Part shown: one piece after another, positions 14,478-25,796 of the stretch | Layout: each line of letters starts with the position of its first letter | Position numbering within the stretch: the first letter of the stretch is position 1 | NCBI GenBank assembly: GCA_964016885.1 | Contig: OZ024740.1 | Coordinates: 132,184,001 to 132,248,000, forward strand | Direction of reading: 5' to 3' | Source: Eledone cirrhosa | Taxonomy: Eukaryota | DNA: 64,000 nucleotides | Program-made: the position numbers and the translations under genes | Notes under the pieces: generated by a model | Database searches by the model: none | Told to the model about the DNA's origin: nothing | What the model saw: the letters and a program-made list of their open reading frames with translations, nothing else

Positions 14478-14525
14478 TAAACTGACAGATCTCTGTTTCA
14501 TACTGTTGGTATTCCTCAGAGCTTA
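14478..14525 (-). ncRNA. Type I hammerhead ribozyme (GUC site)
   Basis: UAAGCU-CUGAGGA-AUAC(CAACA)GUAU-GAAA-CAG(AGAU)CUG-UC-AGUUUA: three pairable stems and an intact core. Confidence 0.85.
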
Positions 14526-14791
14526 GCCTTCCCCTTGTCTGTTGAAAATTATGAATGTTGGATTATTATCGAATTCCAGTAATAGTCAGGAACTGATTAT
14601 ACAGAGCGGTTGCCGGTCCAGCAAAAATTCAAAATTAGAATTGGTGCTGTGAAATAGCGATATATATATGAATGTATATATAGGGTATTTTGCAATACAC
14701 TGTATGCTTAATTAAAGGCATTTTCAAGACCATACGTTATTATTTTAAAGTAGTGACTATGTCACTTCTTTTTACAACAAACAAATGAAGA

Positions 14792-14839
14792 TAAGCTAAC
14801 AGATCTCTGTTTCATACTGTTGGTATTCCTCAGAGCTTA
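14792..14839 (-). ncRNA. Type I hammerhead ribozyme (GUU site)
   Basis: Same core; stem I is a perfect UAAGCU/AGCUUA; 314 bp from the previous copy. Confidence 0.85.
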
Positions 14840-15289
14840 GCACTCCCCTTGTATGTTGAAAATTATGAATGTTGGATTATTATCGAATTCCAGTAATAGT
14901 CAGGAACTGATTATACAGAGCGGTTGCCGGTCCAGCAAAAATTCAAAATTAGAATTGGTGCTGTGAAATAGTGATATATATATGAATGTATATATAGAGT
15001 ATATATCCCTTTGTTTGTTGAAAAAAGAAGTAAGTGACATAGTCAATACTTTAAAACAATAGCGTAAGGTCTTCAAAATGCTTTTAATTAAGCATACTGT
15101 GTATTGCAAAATACACCATATATACATTCATATATTTATCGCTATTTCAGAGCACCAATTCTAATTTTCAATGTTTGCTGTGTATAATCAGTTTCAATGT
15201 TTGCTCTGTATAATCAGTTCCTGATTATTACTGGAATTCTATAAGAATCCAACATTCATAATTTTCAACAGACAAGGGGGGGGGGGTGC

Positions 15290-15337
15290 TAAGCTCTGAG
15301 GAATACCAACAGTATGAAACAGAGATCTGTCTGCTTA
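15290..15337 (+). ncRNA. Type I hammerhead ribozyme (GUC site)
   Basis: taagct ctgagga atac caaca gtat gaaa cag agat ctg tc tgctta; one U-U mismatch at the base of stem I. Confidence 0.8.
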
Positions 15338-15799
15338 TCTCCCTTTGTTTGTTGAAAAGAGAAGTCAGTGACATAGTCACTACTTTAATACAATAGCGTG
15401 AGGTCTTCAAAATTCTTTTAATTAAGCATACAGTGTATTGCAAAATACCTTATATATACATTCATATATAAATCTGTATTTCAGGGCACCAATTCCAATT
15501 TATATATATATTGTTGGCTGGAATCTACGATTATGCTTTATGCAGACAACAAGATATCGACTACATGTTTGCTGAAGACATTTACAAAAATATATGAGAT
15601 TATACAGTTTTGGATAAACCGTCTAAAATGTTTTGCCTAACGGTCAGAACAACAATGACGTTGGTCATAGGTCTACTCAATCAGTGACGTCATGGCAATA
15701 TAGAACAGACAAAAATAGATGACACCTTATGCACCCATCTGAGAGCATGAATTTTGCGGATCTTATTGATAGTATTAATTTAGCGAGTGGAGTGATTAA

Positions 15800-17320
15800 A
15801 ATAAGTGTTGTAAACCATTGTGTCGACTTCGTAACATTGTGTCAACTCACCATTCTACGAAGGCTAAAGGAGATTAGCAAACATTCTCTGCTATACTCAT
15901 ATAGACACCAACTTCAACGGGAAATATTGGACCGCACTTTATTTCCATGATACATAGTAGAGGTATCTAAGTTTAGCGCTGCAGACTACTCCAGAAACAT
16001 TCATAACATATATCGTGGCGTTGACGTATATAATCTAATTTCCTAGTGACTAAACGTATTCCATTAGTCGCACATCTGAATGTGAATTAGAACTAAATAT
16101 ATCCCTAAATGATATCCCAAAATCTTAACACTGGTGATTTAGATGGAATGGTATATATAAACAATGTAGTTATTGTTTCTTTATGTATATGAATAGATGG
16201 ATCACTTTTAGAACTAGGCTTGCTGTTTACTAGCTGATTTCGGATTAAGTAATGATATAAACCTGCTAATGAGTAGCTCACCAGAGTAGCGACTAGTTTC
16301 AGAGGATACAAAAATGATATAAAAAATTTGGTATGCATTGCCATATGTAGCTATTGTTTTCGAAACCATGAGTTAGTTTATTTTTTTACAATCATCTATC
16401 TACATTCAACATCAATATGGAGTTAGTACACAAACTCCACCGTCTATTTCACAGGTCGAATACAATCGATTACACCAAACTTAGAATATGATTGGCATGT
16501 TATCGATACCAATCTGTGAAAGGAAAAATTGACATCGCCGTGATTAGAAATCAGAAGAAAACAATTTGAGCTTTTGTTATTTCTAACGTCTTAACAATTT
16601 TGCTAATCCACTCACATTCGAAGGACATCAATAAGTTGATTAATACATTTCTGAATTAAGTTGCAAATTGAGTAAAGTTGCCTAAATCGAGCTCCTATAT
16701 TACCCTTTTGATTTCATCGACACTTATTGGATGAGCAGCAAATCTAACCCATTGTCAATTATTTCTTTTAATATTATTTAATTCTTAATCAACCCTTTGT
16801 GGGATTTAGACAAAGTATTTCTTTTGGGTGTTTCTTTGAAGACAAAAGAAGTATTTTCGATAAATTATTAAAACCATTCTTGTCTTACTGAAATCTTAAA
16901 TTCGATCGTACATTTATTGACAATAACGAATGCGTTTGTTTTTAATGTTAATTATTTCATCATCTTTAAAGAGATAAAGAGCAATTCTAAAATTAGTCAG
17001 TTATAATTCAACCTAGAGTGTGGAGAGTTCAAATTAAATAGTGTAAAGCATTGTGTCGCGTACCGTAACAATGTGTCAACTCACCATTCTACAATGGCTA
17101 AGAGGAGATTACCAAAGATGTTCTAATTGAAGAAACCAACTTCAACTCGAACATTTGGACGCCTATCAATTTTGAAATACATAGTATGGATATCTAAGAT
17201 TAGCGCAGCAGACTACCCCAGAAACATTCATAAGATATGTCGTGGTGTTGACGTATTCAATCTAATTTTCTAGCGACTAAACGTATTCCATTAGTCGCAC
17301 ATCTGAATTAGATCTAAAAT
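15800..17320. repeat. Diverged ~290-bp direct duplication (15800-16095 and 17030-17320)
   Basis: Shared gtcaactcaccattctac...cagaaacattcataa...gactaaacgtattccattagtcgcacatctgaa. Confidence 0.85.
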
Positions 17321-17936
17321 TTACTCGTTTTATTAATGTATTATTTTTGTATTATAATAAACATCTTTAAAGTCTTCAAATAGAATGGATCATAAACTCC
17401 ATTTGAAACATACATTGATTCTGAGATAAATTTAATGCAGTTATAATTAGAGTTTTCTGTTATAAGCTTTCCTGTGAATATAGGGAAGAAGGAAATTGAT
17501 TAGTTATTCTACCTTTCCATAAAATGTGTAGGAGATTGCCTTCACGCGAATCACAGAGTTATGCTTCTTCCCTATACCACCGTCTACTCGGAAAATTTAT
17601 AGCAATCGCTATTATCGTCAAACACAGAGTTGAATTTAACTGATCTTCCATTCTAATTTGCATGATGTGCATTCGATTTGCAAAGTAATTAATTACATGA
17701 TAAATATTTATGTGTAACGCAGCATATATTAGAACATCTGAGCTTTTTGATTATAAGCCTTACTGTAAAATTCAAAAAATGTAAACTTCGATAGTTTCCC
17801 CGAAGAAATAAACACGAAGAGATTTCTTCTACGTTGCCAAACATATACGTATGCATATTCGAAGTATGTCCACCAAATAGTTGTGCAACACAGATTGTGT
17901 ATGAGTACTTTGTCTGGTGGGACTATTATATTAGAC

Positions 17937-19936
17937 AGTGTTGCGAAAAGCCAATAACAGCCGGTGAAATACGGGAAGCGATGGCTAACTGCACAAGAGC
18001 TAAATCGCCAGGTTTAGATGGCCTGCCCTTTGAGCTTTATGCATTTATGCCAGACTTGTTCGGTGACCTCTTGGCAGACGTCTACTGCAACTGGCAGCAT
18101 AACGGGAGCATTCGCAGTTTTGTTAGCCGGGGAGCAGTAGCGCTGCTGAGAAAAGACCCGAACAAGGGGGATGTTATTGATAATTTCAAACCCATAACTC
18201 TGCTAAACGCAGAGTTCAAGATTTGGGCCAAGGTGTTAGCAACGAGGTTGGCGCTTGTCGTCAAGGGTCTGGTGGGAGAGGCGCAGACATGCGCCATCCC
18301 AGACAGATCGATACACGACAACCTCCACTCATGCGATACATCATAGAGAGGGTGGTTAAGGAAGCTGGCAAGGGTGGGGCCCTGATCAACTTGGATCAAT
18401 CCAAAGTATTCGATAGGGTCGACCATCGGTACCTGGCGGCGGTCCTCGAGGCAGCCGGTTTCGGGCCCGTTTTCAGGCGTTGGATCGGAGCAATGTACTG
18501 ACCTCCAGATTGAGAAAAACTGGAACGAGGTGACGAGCAGGGTGGCCTCCCTCACCCAGAAGTGGGCTGAGAGGAAGCTGTCCCTGAAAGGCCGGGCAGA
18601 AGTGGCGAATGCGTACGTCGCATCCGTCATCTTCTACCGCCTCACCGTTTTCCCTTGCTCCAGCCCAACTCTCACCAAAATGGAACGCCTCCTCTTCCGC
18701 TTTTTGTGGAAGGGACGCGCTCCCATGGTCAGACGATCCATCTGCTGTCAAACTCGTTGCGTGGAGGACAGGGCATGCTATGGCTGATGATGCGCAAACA
18801 TGCGCTGAGGCTGCGACATCTCTGGTGCTTCCTTGATGGTGAACGGGTGTGGTCGCCGTTCGCCAGGCACATTTTCCCACAGCTCGTCTCCTTGACGGAG
18901 TTGCAGTCCTGGGTCAGAAAAAGACCGAGGGATAGCGCTTGGAAACTGGAATGTCTCCAGGCTCTCACTGGCCTCTCCCAGTTGGGCACCAGTATTGGTG
19001 AAACATCCACCTCGGCGTTCTATAGAGGACTAGTGGAGGGGAAGAGCGACGACGTTCTCGGAGAGATCCTGCGCGTCGAAGAAGATCAGCTGCTTGCTCT
19101 CTTCCGGAGAACTTTCAGCCCGGCGCCTATGGATAACTTCCAAAATTCCCTAGCCTGGCAGTGCTACCGGGTAGCGCTGCCGGTTCGAGATAAGCTCTAC
19201 AGGCACGGAAGTGCCGTCAGTCGAGCCTGTCCGAGATGCGCGCATAGCTACGAAACCGTTGTGAACGCACTCGTTCAGTGCCCGAGCATTGCTGACTTGT
19301 GGAGCTATGTCGAACAGTTGCTGTCACGTGTGGGACTGATCCGGTTATCGACTGAGTCCATTGTGCAGATGGTCTCGCCGTCTTCCTTTGAGGAGGAAAG
19401 GCAAGCGGTTTTCATCTGCCTGGTGGCCATGGCGAAAGAGATTGTTTGGTGGACAAGGTTAAAAGAATTAAAGACAAACACTTTCCTCTTCAGTGAATCC
19501 CTAATTAACTTTTTCAAGTTTCACTTGAAGAGGAAAATCAGGGTGGAGAGGCAAGTGCTGCTTTCTTGCAAGTTTGTTGAAAGGTGGGTGAATGTAGCGA
19601 GAATGGTCCGAGTGAATGGGACCACTCTGAATATACGTCTGTAGTTTGAGAGATGGAAAAATTGAGAGACGGCGCTTGCCCTGGTAGTCAGGGTGGCCGT
19701 AGTCTTTTGTGTGGTTTTCGCCACCAGTAACCCTCGGAGGTTTCCCCCCTATTGGGGAATATTTCATTGTTTCAATTTTCATTTTATTGTTTATATATAC
19801 ACGTATATATGTTTTATGTCTTTTCTTTTCTTATATAAATAATAAAAATATTTACACGCACAAACCCACATCGTACCGTCCTGTTCTGTCTGTGATGTTT
19901 TTCTTGATGTCAGCCCTTGTGGTCAATAAAGAAATC
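17937..19936 (+). mobile_element. Tx1-clade LINE, 5'-truncated with internal deletion (copy T1)
   Basis: KSPGLDG, KPITLLN, LDQSKVFDRV and the C-terminal CPRC..H..C finger. The region matching ~27660-28070 of the full copy (QGCPLS, YADD) is deleted at ~18498. Ends aataaagaaatc followed by (att)n. Confidence 0.9.
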
Positions 19937-19942
19937 ATTATT

Positions 19943-19990
<48 letters not shown>

Positions 19991-19992
<2 letters not shown>

Positions 19993-22900
19993 ATCTGCAT
20001 TTATCTTGCTTTATGTTCATACGAGTTATCACTAAGTCACAACCAGTGACCTCAAGAGACAACAAGGTCCGCCATGTTCAAGAAAGAACATACATACTCA
20101 CACGTTCATCTTTAGTGTTTAGACTTGTGATGTACTTATATTGACAGAATCTTCCTTAGTATATGGGCAGTTCCCATTAGTACTATATTTTGTATTTCTC
20201 CTATACGCGGGTTTCCTGGGATTTGCGATAAGTAATCATTAGACCCCTTAGGTATCATTCCTAGAGCGCCTACAACCACTGGTATTGTTTTAGTTCTCAA
20301 TTTCCACATTTTTCCAAATTCTATCTCCAGGTCCTTATACTTGCTCAATTTTTCAAATGTTTTTATTGATACATTCTTGTCTATCGGAACGGACATATCA
20401 ATTAGCAGGCATACCCTCTTTTGAAAGTCCTTCAATATTATATCAGGTCTATATGCATCTATTTTTCGGTCTGTTTGGATGCTAAAGTTCCACAAGATTG
20501 AGATGTGATATTTTTCAAGTATGGGAGGTGGTTGATGCTCCCACCAATTCTTTTGATGAGGCAGGTCAAAATGCTTACACATTATCCAATGTATGTATTG
20601 TGCAGCTCTGTCATGCCTGTTTAGGTATTCGGTTGGAGCTATAGGACTGCACATTGAAATTATATGGTCAATGGTCTCTGGTTGTTTTTTACATACACAG
20701 CATAATGGACTGCATCCATTTTGTATTATGTTGGCTTGGTAATTTTTTGTTGGCAGTCACTGAACTTGTGCTGATATAATCGGTCCTTCAGTCTCCGATT
20801 TCAGTCCAGAGGATGCCAATCACTGTTGGGTTAAAGTTTTGTCAACATCAGGATTGTTGGCTCGTTCTGGGTATTTTCCATACAGAGACTTTTCTTGCCA
20901 TTTCTTAGCCAGTTTCTGTAGCAGTTCTTTCTTTGCAGTTACTTTTACCTGATTTGCTTTTTCTGTGTTTTCCATTTCAGCAGTAAATGGGACTTCTGAA
21001 ATGTGTAGTCCATTACTGTATCTTTGTGCATCTTTTGTAATGGAGTATGATCATTTGGTGCTTTCGTGTTTCAAAACGAGTTTGATCATCCAATCATGTG
21101 ATTCCCTTAGATATGTAGATAATCCAATTGTTGCAGTTTTCAACACAATGTCTAACTGGATAAACCCACGTCCTCCTTCTTTCCTAGGGAAATATATTCT
21201 ATCTGTATCTGCCTTAGGCTGATGCATTCTGTGCATTGTTAAGACTTTTCTAATTTTTGTATCGAGCCTACGGATCTCTGTGCTTGAGCAATTGATGACA
21301 TTGTAACTGTAGGTTACTACTGGTAAGACAAGCGTGTTTATGGCATCGATCCTATTCCTTGCATTCAATTCCGTTCTTAAGATTGCTCTTACTCTGCGGT
21401 AACATTCCTTCCTTATCCTTTCCCTCATTGTCGAGTGCTTGATTCCGTCTCCTTCACAAACACCTAGATATTTGTAAGTTTCCTCTTGATCAAGTTCTCT
21501 TATCACATTCCCCCGATCAAGATTAATGTCTGAACTCTTCAACAGCTTTCCTCTGGTGAACGTTGCTTTGGCGCATTTATCTAGTCCAAACTCCATTTTA
21601 ATGTCATCACTGAACTGCTCCACAGTGGATAATAGCCCTTGCAATTGTTCATCATTTTTTGCAAATAGTTTCAGGTCATCCATGTAAAACAAATGATTAA
21701 TGGTTTTGTCATAGACTTTATATCCATGTTTTGTTTCATTGAGCATTTTACATAATGGTATAAGTGCGATGCAGAATAAAAGCGGTGATAAAGAGTCACC
21801 CTGAAAAATTCTACAATTAATATTAACTTCTCCAGCTTCCAGTGATTTTGTTTCATTATTCAAAAGGAGTGTCGTTTTCCATGTCTTCATACTGAATGAC
21901 AAAAACCTCTGACAAAGGGGGATATTTTGAAAATCTCTAAACATTTTTCAATCCAACTGTGTGGCAAACTATCAAATGCTTTTTTATAATCTATTCAAGT
22001 AATTGATAGATTTTTGTGTCTATTATGACAATCTTCCAGTATCATATTGTTAACCAAAAGCTGATCCTTACAGCCATATGAGCATCGTTTACACCCTTTC
22101 TGTTCAATGGGAAATAGGTCATATGTTATCAGGTGGTCATGTGTATATTCAGTTAGGACTGATGTTAAAATGTTATACATTGTGGTCAAGCAAGTTATCG
22201 GTCTGTAATTTTGGGGATTGTTTGTCTCATCATTCTTCGGAAGCAGGAATGAAATGCCATTAACTAGCCATGATGGTATCTTTTCTGGCTCCTTAACTAT
22301 TTCTTTGTAAAGTTGCGCTAACAGCTCATGAGACTCTGTGAAGGCATTTATCCAAAAATTTTGTATTTTGTCTTTTCCTGGGGATTTCCATTTGCTGGTT
22401 TTCTTAGAGCCAAACGCAACTTTTCAACTGTTATATTTTCCCATATTTGTTCCTCAAGGTGAGCTGTATCTTTCATTTGTCTGTCTATCCATGGGGCATG
22501 TATATTATGAACCTTTTCTTCGGCTCAGATCTTTTCCCAGAATTCTTGCACTTCCTCCTTGGGTGATATTGATTTAGCAGTTATTGTTGACTTACCAATT
22601 TTTCTGTAGAAGTTACTTTGGTTGGTTTTGAACATATTATTGTCCTTATAGAATCTAGATCGTTTTTCAAAGCGCCTTATACGAGCAGCTTTGGCCGACA
22701 CATTGTGCTTGATTATTTCTATCAGAATGTCTGTCACTTGTTGGTTTTATACTGTACGTTCTTTTCAATTTTCTAAGTTTAGTTTGTTTAACATGTTCAC
22801 CTACTTTATTGTTTCTTAAAATTTCTACGTCAGATCGGAGAGGGTTTATTTGGCGATTGATGTTCTCTTGCCAAGTAGATTTCTTGTGGGAATTCCTTTG

Positions 22901-23420
22901 TTTTTTCATCTTCACTCCACATAAGTGAGTGGTGACTTTAGCCGATGCATAATAGAGATGATTTAAATCAGTAATGTTTAGTTTGTTTGTGATGATAATG
23001 TTTTTGAGAATTATGTTAGTCTTGTGTATTATCTTTTCGTTCTGTTTGGAGTTCTGGATCTTAGGGAGGGTGTCTCGTTGCCCCATGTCAGATTCTTTCA
23101 TTTTCATCCATTCGATCATAATTTCATCCTTCAAGTTGGCAAGTTCATTCTCATTCATTTCTTTATCATTTACGATCTCATTATTTTCATTTGGGGTTTC
23201 ATCTTGAGCATGCCACTCCCTCCACTTTTTCGATCCTTTCTTTAATTTGTTCTGTTGCCAGTGATTCCGCCCCAACCCTGGAATTCGAAGTGTTACAATT
23301 TACCTCGTTTTCACTGACACATGTTTCATTTTCCCTTCGCTGACTTTGTGCTAATAGCCTGATCTGATCAATTTCTATATCAGTTAGTAACTTTTCTTTT
23401 ACAATATTTCTTCTTCTTCT
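19991..23420 (-). mobile_element. R4/Dong-clade RLE LINE, family A, decayed (copy A1)
   Basis: IFQGDSLSP, FYMDDLKL, RHD, and RPDIILKD..IDMSVP..EKLSKY (PD-D/E-K nuclease). The 3' end abuts (TAA)n at 19937-19990 and the 5' end abuts (TAT)n at 23421-23445. Many stops and frameshifts. Confidence 0.9.
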
Positions 23421-23660
23421 TATTATTATTATTATTATTATTATTGAATGCCATGGTTGACGGAGGCTCGGCTCTGTAAGGTATAGTAATTTTTAACCGT
23501 TAAAACAATTGTAAATTGTTTAAAACTTGAACCAAATTGTTGATAAAGACACCCTCCTCCTCGTGAGAGGGGTCTTTCTGTCCGTTAATTGGCCCTTCGG
23601 GGTTAAATAACCAGTTATTGGGGTTTTGTACCCAAAATTTCATTTTAAACAAAAAACAAC

Positions 23661-25761
23661 ATGGCTACGAAAAAGAAATTTCATACGTCACTCCCACTCA
23701 TTCCGTCTTCTTCTTCCTCAATCATCACTACAGCAGAGAGAAGATTGTCTCTCTCCCTCCCTTCTTTAAATGTGTCTCTCTCCCTCCCTTCTCTTTCGCA
23801 AGTGACGAAAGAAAAGAAAAGTCTCGTGCAAAGCGTGCAAGGTTTCTCCACGACGACGACGACAGCGACGAAACAGGTGTGCGGGAAATACGAAAACCCA
23901 GTTCATTCGTCTGACGTCAGGAATAATAGCAGTAGCAGCCGTAATAACAACTGCAACAGTGACAATGAAAACAACAGTAGCAGCCGCAACAGCATCACCA
24001 GCAGCATAAACAACAACAGCATTAGCAGCAGCAACACCAACAACAACCACAGCAACAGCGGCGGAGGCAGTAATCGTAGTACATGCAGCAACAACAAAAG
24101 TACCAGCAGCTCTGACGACAACAACAACAGCAGAGAAAAACCAATCTCATTTGCAGGTATTGCGAAAAACTTGGAAACAATCCTCATAACAAATGAGGAA
24201 TTAGAGGAAGCGAAGAAGATGGTGACAAAGAACGGACACCGAGCAATCTGCAAGGCAGCGGAAAAATTTTTCAAAACCCAAGAGCACTGTACGGTCACGT
24301 ACCGTACAGTAAGTACAAAATCCCGTAGGGTGGAAAGAGCCACAGAGGCCCAAATACAAAAAGCCTTGGGGTCTGTGTGGCAGCGGAAAACGCACGTCAC
24401 CCGAGGCAAAAAATATGCCACCGTAGACGTACTTTTTGCCACACCCCAGGAGGCAAAGGCCCAATCAGTAGTGACCCTAAGGAGCGAGGAAATGGTGTTG
24501 GTGCCCTCCTACTGCGGGCAAAAAATTGTGAGGGTCAAACTGACCCACGTCCCCCCCCCCCGGAATGACCCCTTCTTGGCTGGCCGCGTCTGTCCTAATC
24601 GGAATCGAGGACAAAACAACTGTACTGCAAGTACAGAAAAAAGTAAGAGAAGATTGGGTCGGCTCCTCCATTGAGATGCTAATCCAAACCAACCAGGAGT
24701 GCATCGAAGCTATCCCGGATGTGATAGACTTCGATAACGGCACTCAACTGCCCATAAGTGTTGAGGGCAAACGCCCGAAATGCTTTCGCTGTGGATCGAA
24801 GACTCACCTCAGGGCCTTCTGCAACGAGAAGACCCTGAGAAAGGAGAAAACCCCCCTCCTTCCGAATCCGGCTCCACGGCTACCAGCAACAGGACAAGCG
24901 GCAACCAGGAACGATAGGTCCGTGGCACCCATACCCACGCCACGGAAATCAAAAACAGCAGCAGCAGTGGAAATATTAACAACAACAACAGCAATACCAA
25001 ATGCAGCTGCAACAGAGACTCCAGTGCAAACATCACCAACAACAACAAGTGAAAGAGTGGAGCTGGTACCCCTCCCCTACCTCACAGAATCAGACATGGA
25101 GTGTGAGGTGGGAGAGGGATGGCAAAAGGTCGCAAGAAGGCACAAACGCAGAAGCAGCGCATCGTCGCCTTTGAAAAGGGAGGAAAGAAATGAGAAAAGG
25201 GTAAAGTCTACTGCAAAGAGACCCACAGCAGCAACAACACCAACACCATCACCACCCACACTAGCACCACCATCACCACCGGCGACAACCCCACCGCCAA
25301 CAACACCTTCAACACCACCACCACAAGCACCAACATCTCAAACACAACAACAAAACACACACACCCAGCAACAACGACAAGAAAATAGCAGAACCACACC
25401 CCACCCCCAGAAAAACAAATGCACGGCAATAAATACACACAACAAGAAACTAATGACTTACATAATTGAACACACAGACATTTCACAACAGGACTACATA
25501 ATACCAGCACCAATCAAAACGCCAACTAACATAAGACTGCTAAAAATAGCACAGAAACAATACACAGACATTAAAACGAAATTCCCCAACGCAGTTGGTG
25601 ATTTCAGGGACCTAGGAGGAACCATCAATCGAAGAGTATACTCAGACATTCTCTTAGAAGAGCCGACGACCAGCCGAAGGGACGATTCAACGGTCCCTTC
25701 ACCAGACGATCAAGTGAAAAGGGATGTAAAAACCATCCCTCCTCTACCAAAAGTACGGTAA
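23661..25761 (+). CDS. Tx1 ORF1 (gag-like protein with CCHC knuckle and Pro/Thr-rich tail), split by one extra C in a C11 run at 24551-24561
   Basis: ORFs 23661-24674 and 24565-25761 join as ...THVPPPGMTPSW if one C is removed; CFRCGSKTHLRAFC is CX2CX4HX4C. Confidence 0.8.
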
Positions 25762-25796
25762 GTGGTCTTTCCCATCTTTTCCACTCTATTTTAAAC

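Larger units (their letters stand above)
14345..15500. mobile_element. Non-coding ~314-bp repeat carrying hammerhead ribozymes: two tandem units then an inverted block (retrozyme/pLTR-like)
   Basis: Units ~14350-14665 and ~14665-14995 are direct repeats; ~15005-15500 is their reverse complement. Each full unit contains a CUGAGGA...GAAA...GUH core. Confidence 0.8.

Noticed and set aside
14345-15500. CRISPR-like array or simple satellite
   Set aside because: The context is eukaryotic, there are no unique spacers, and the hammerhead-bearing repeat unit explains it.
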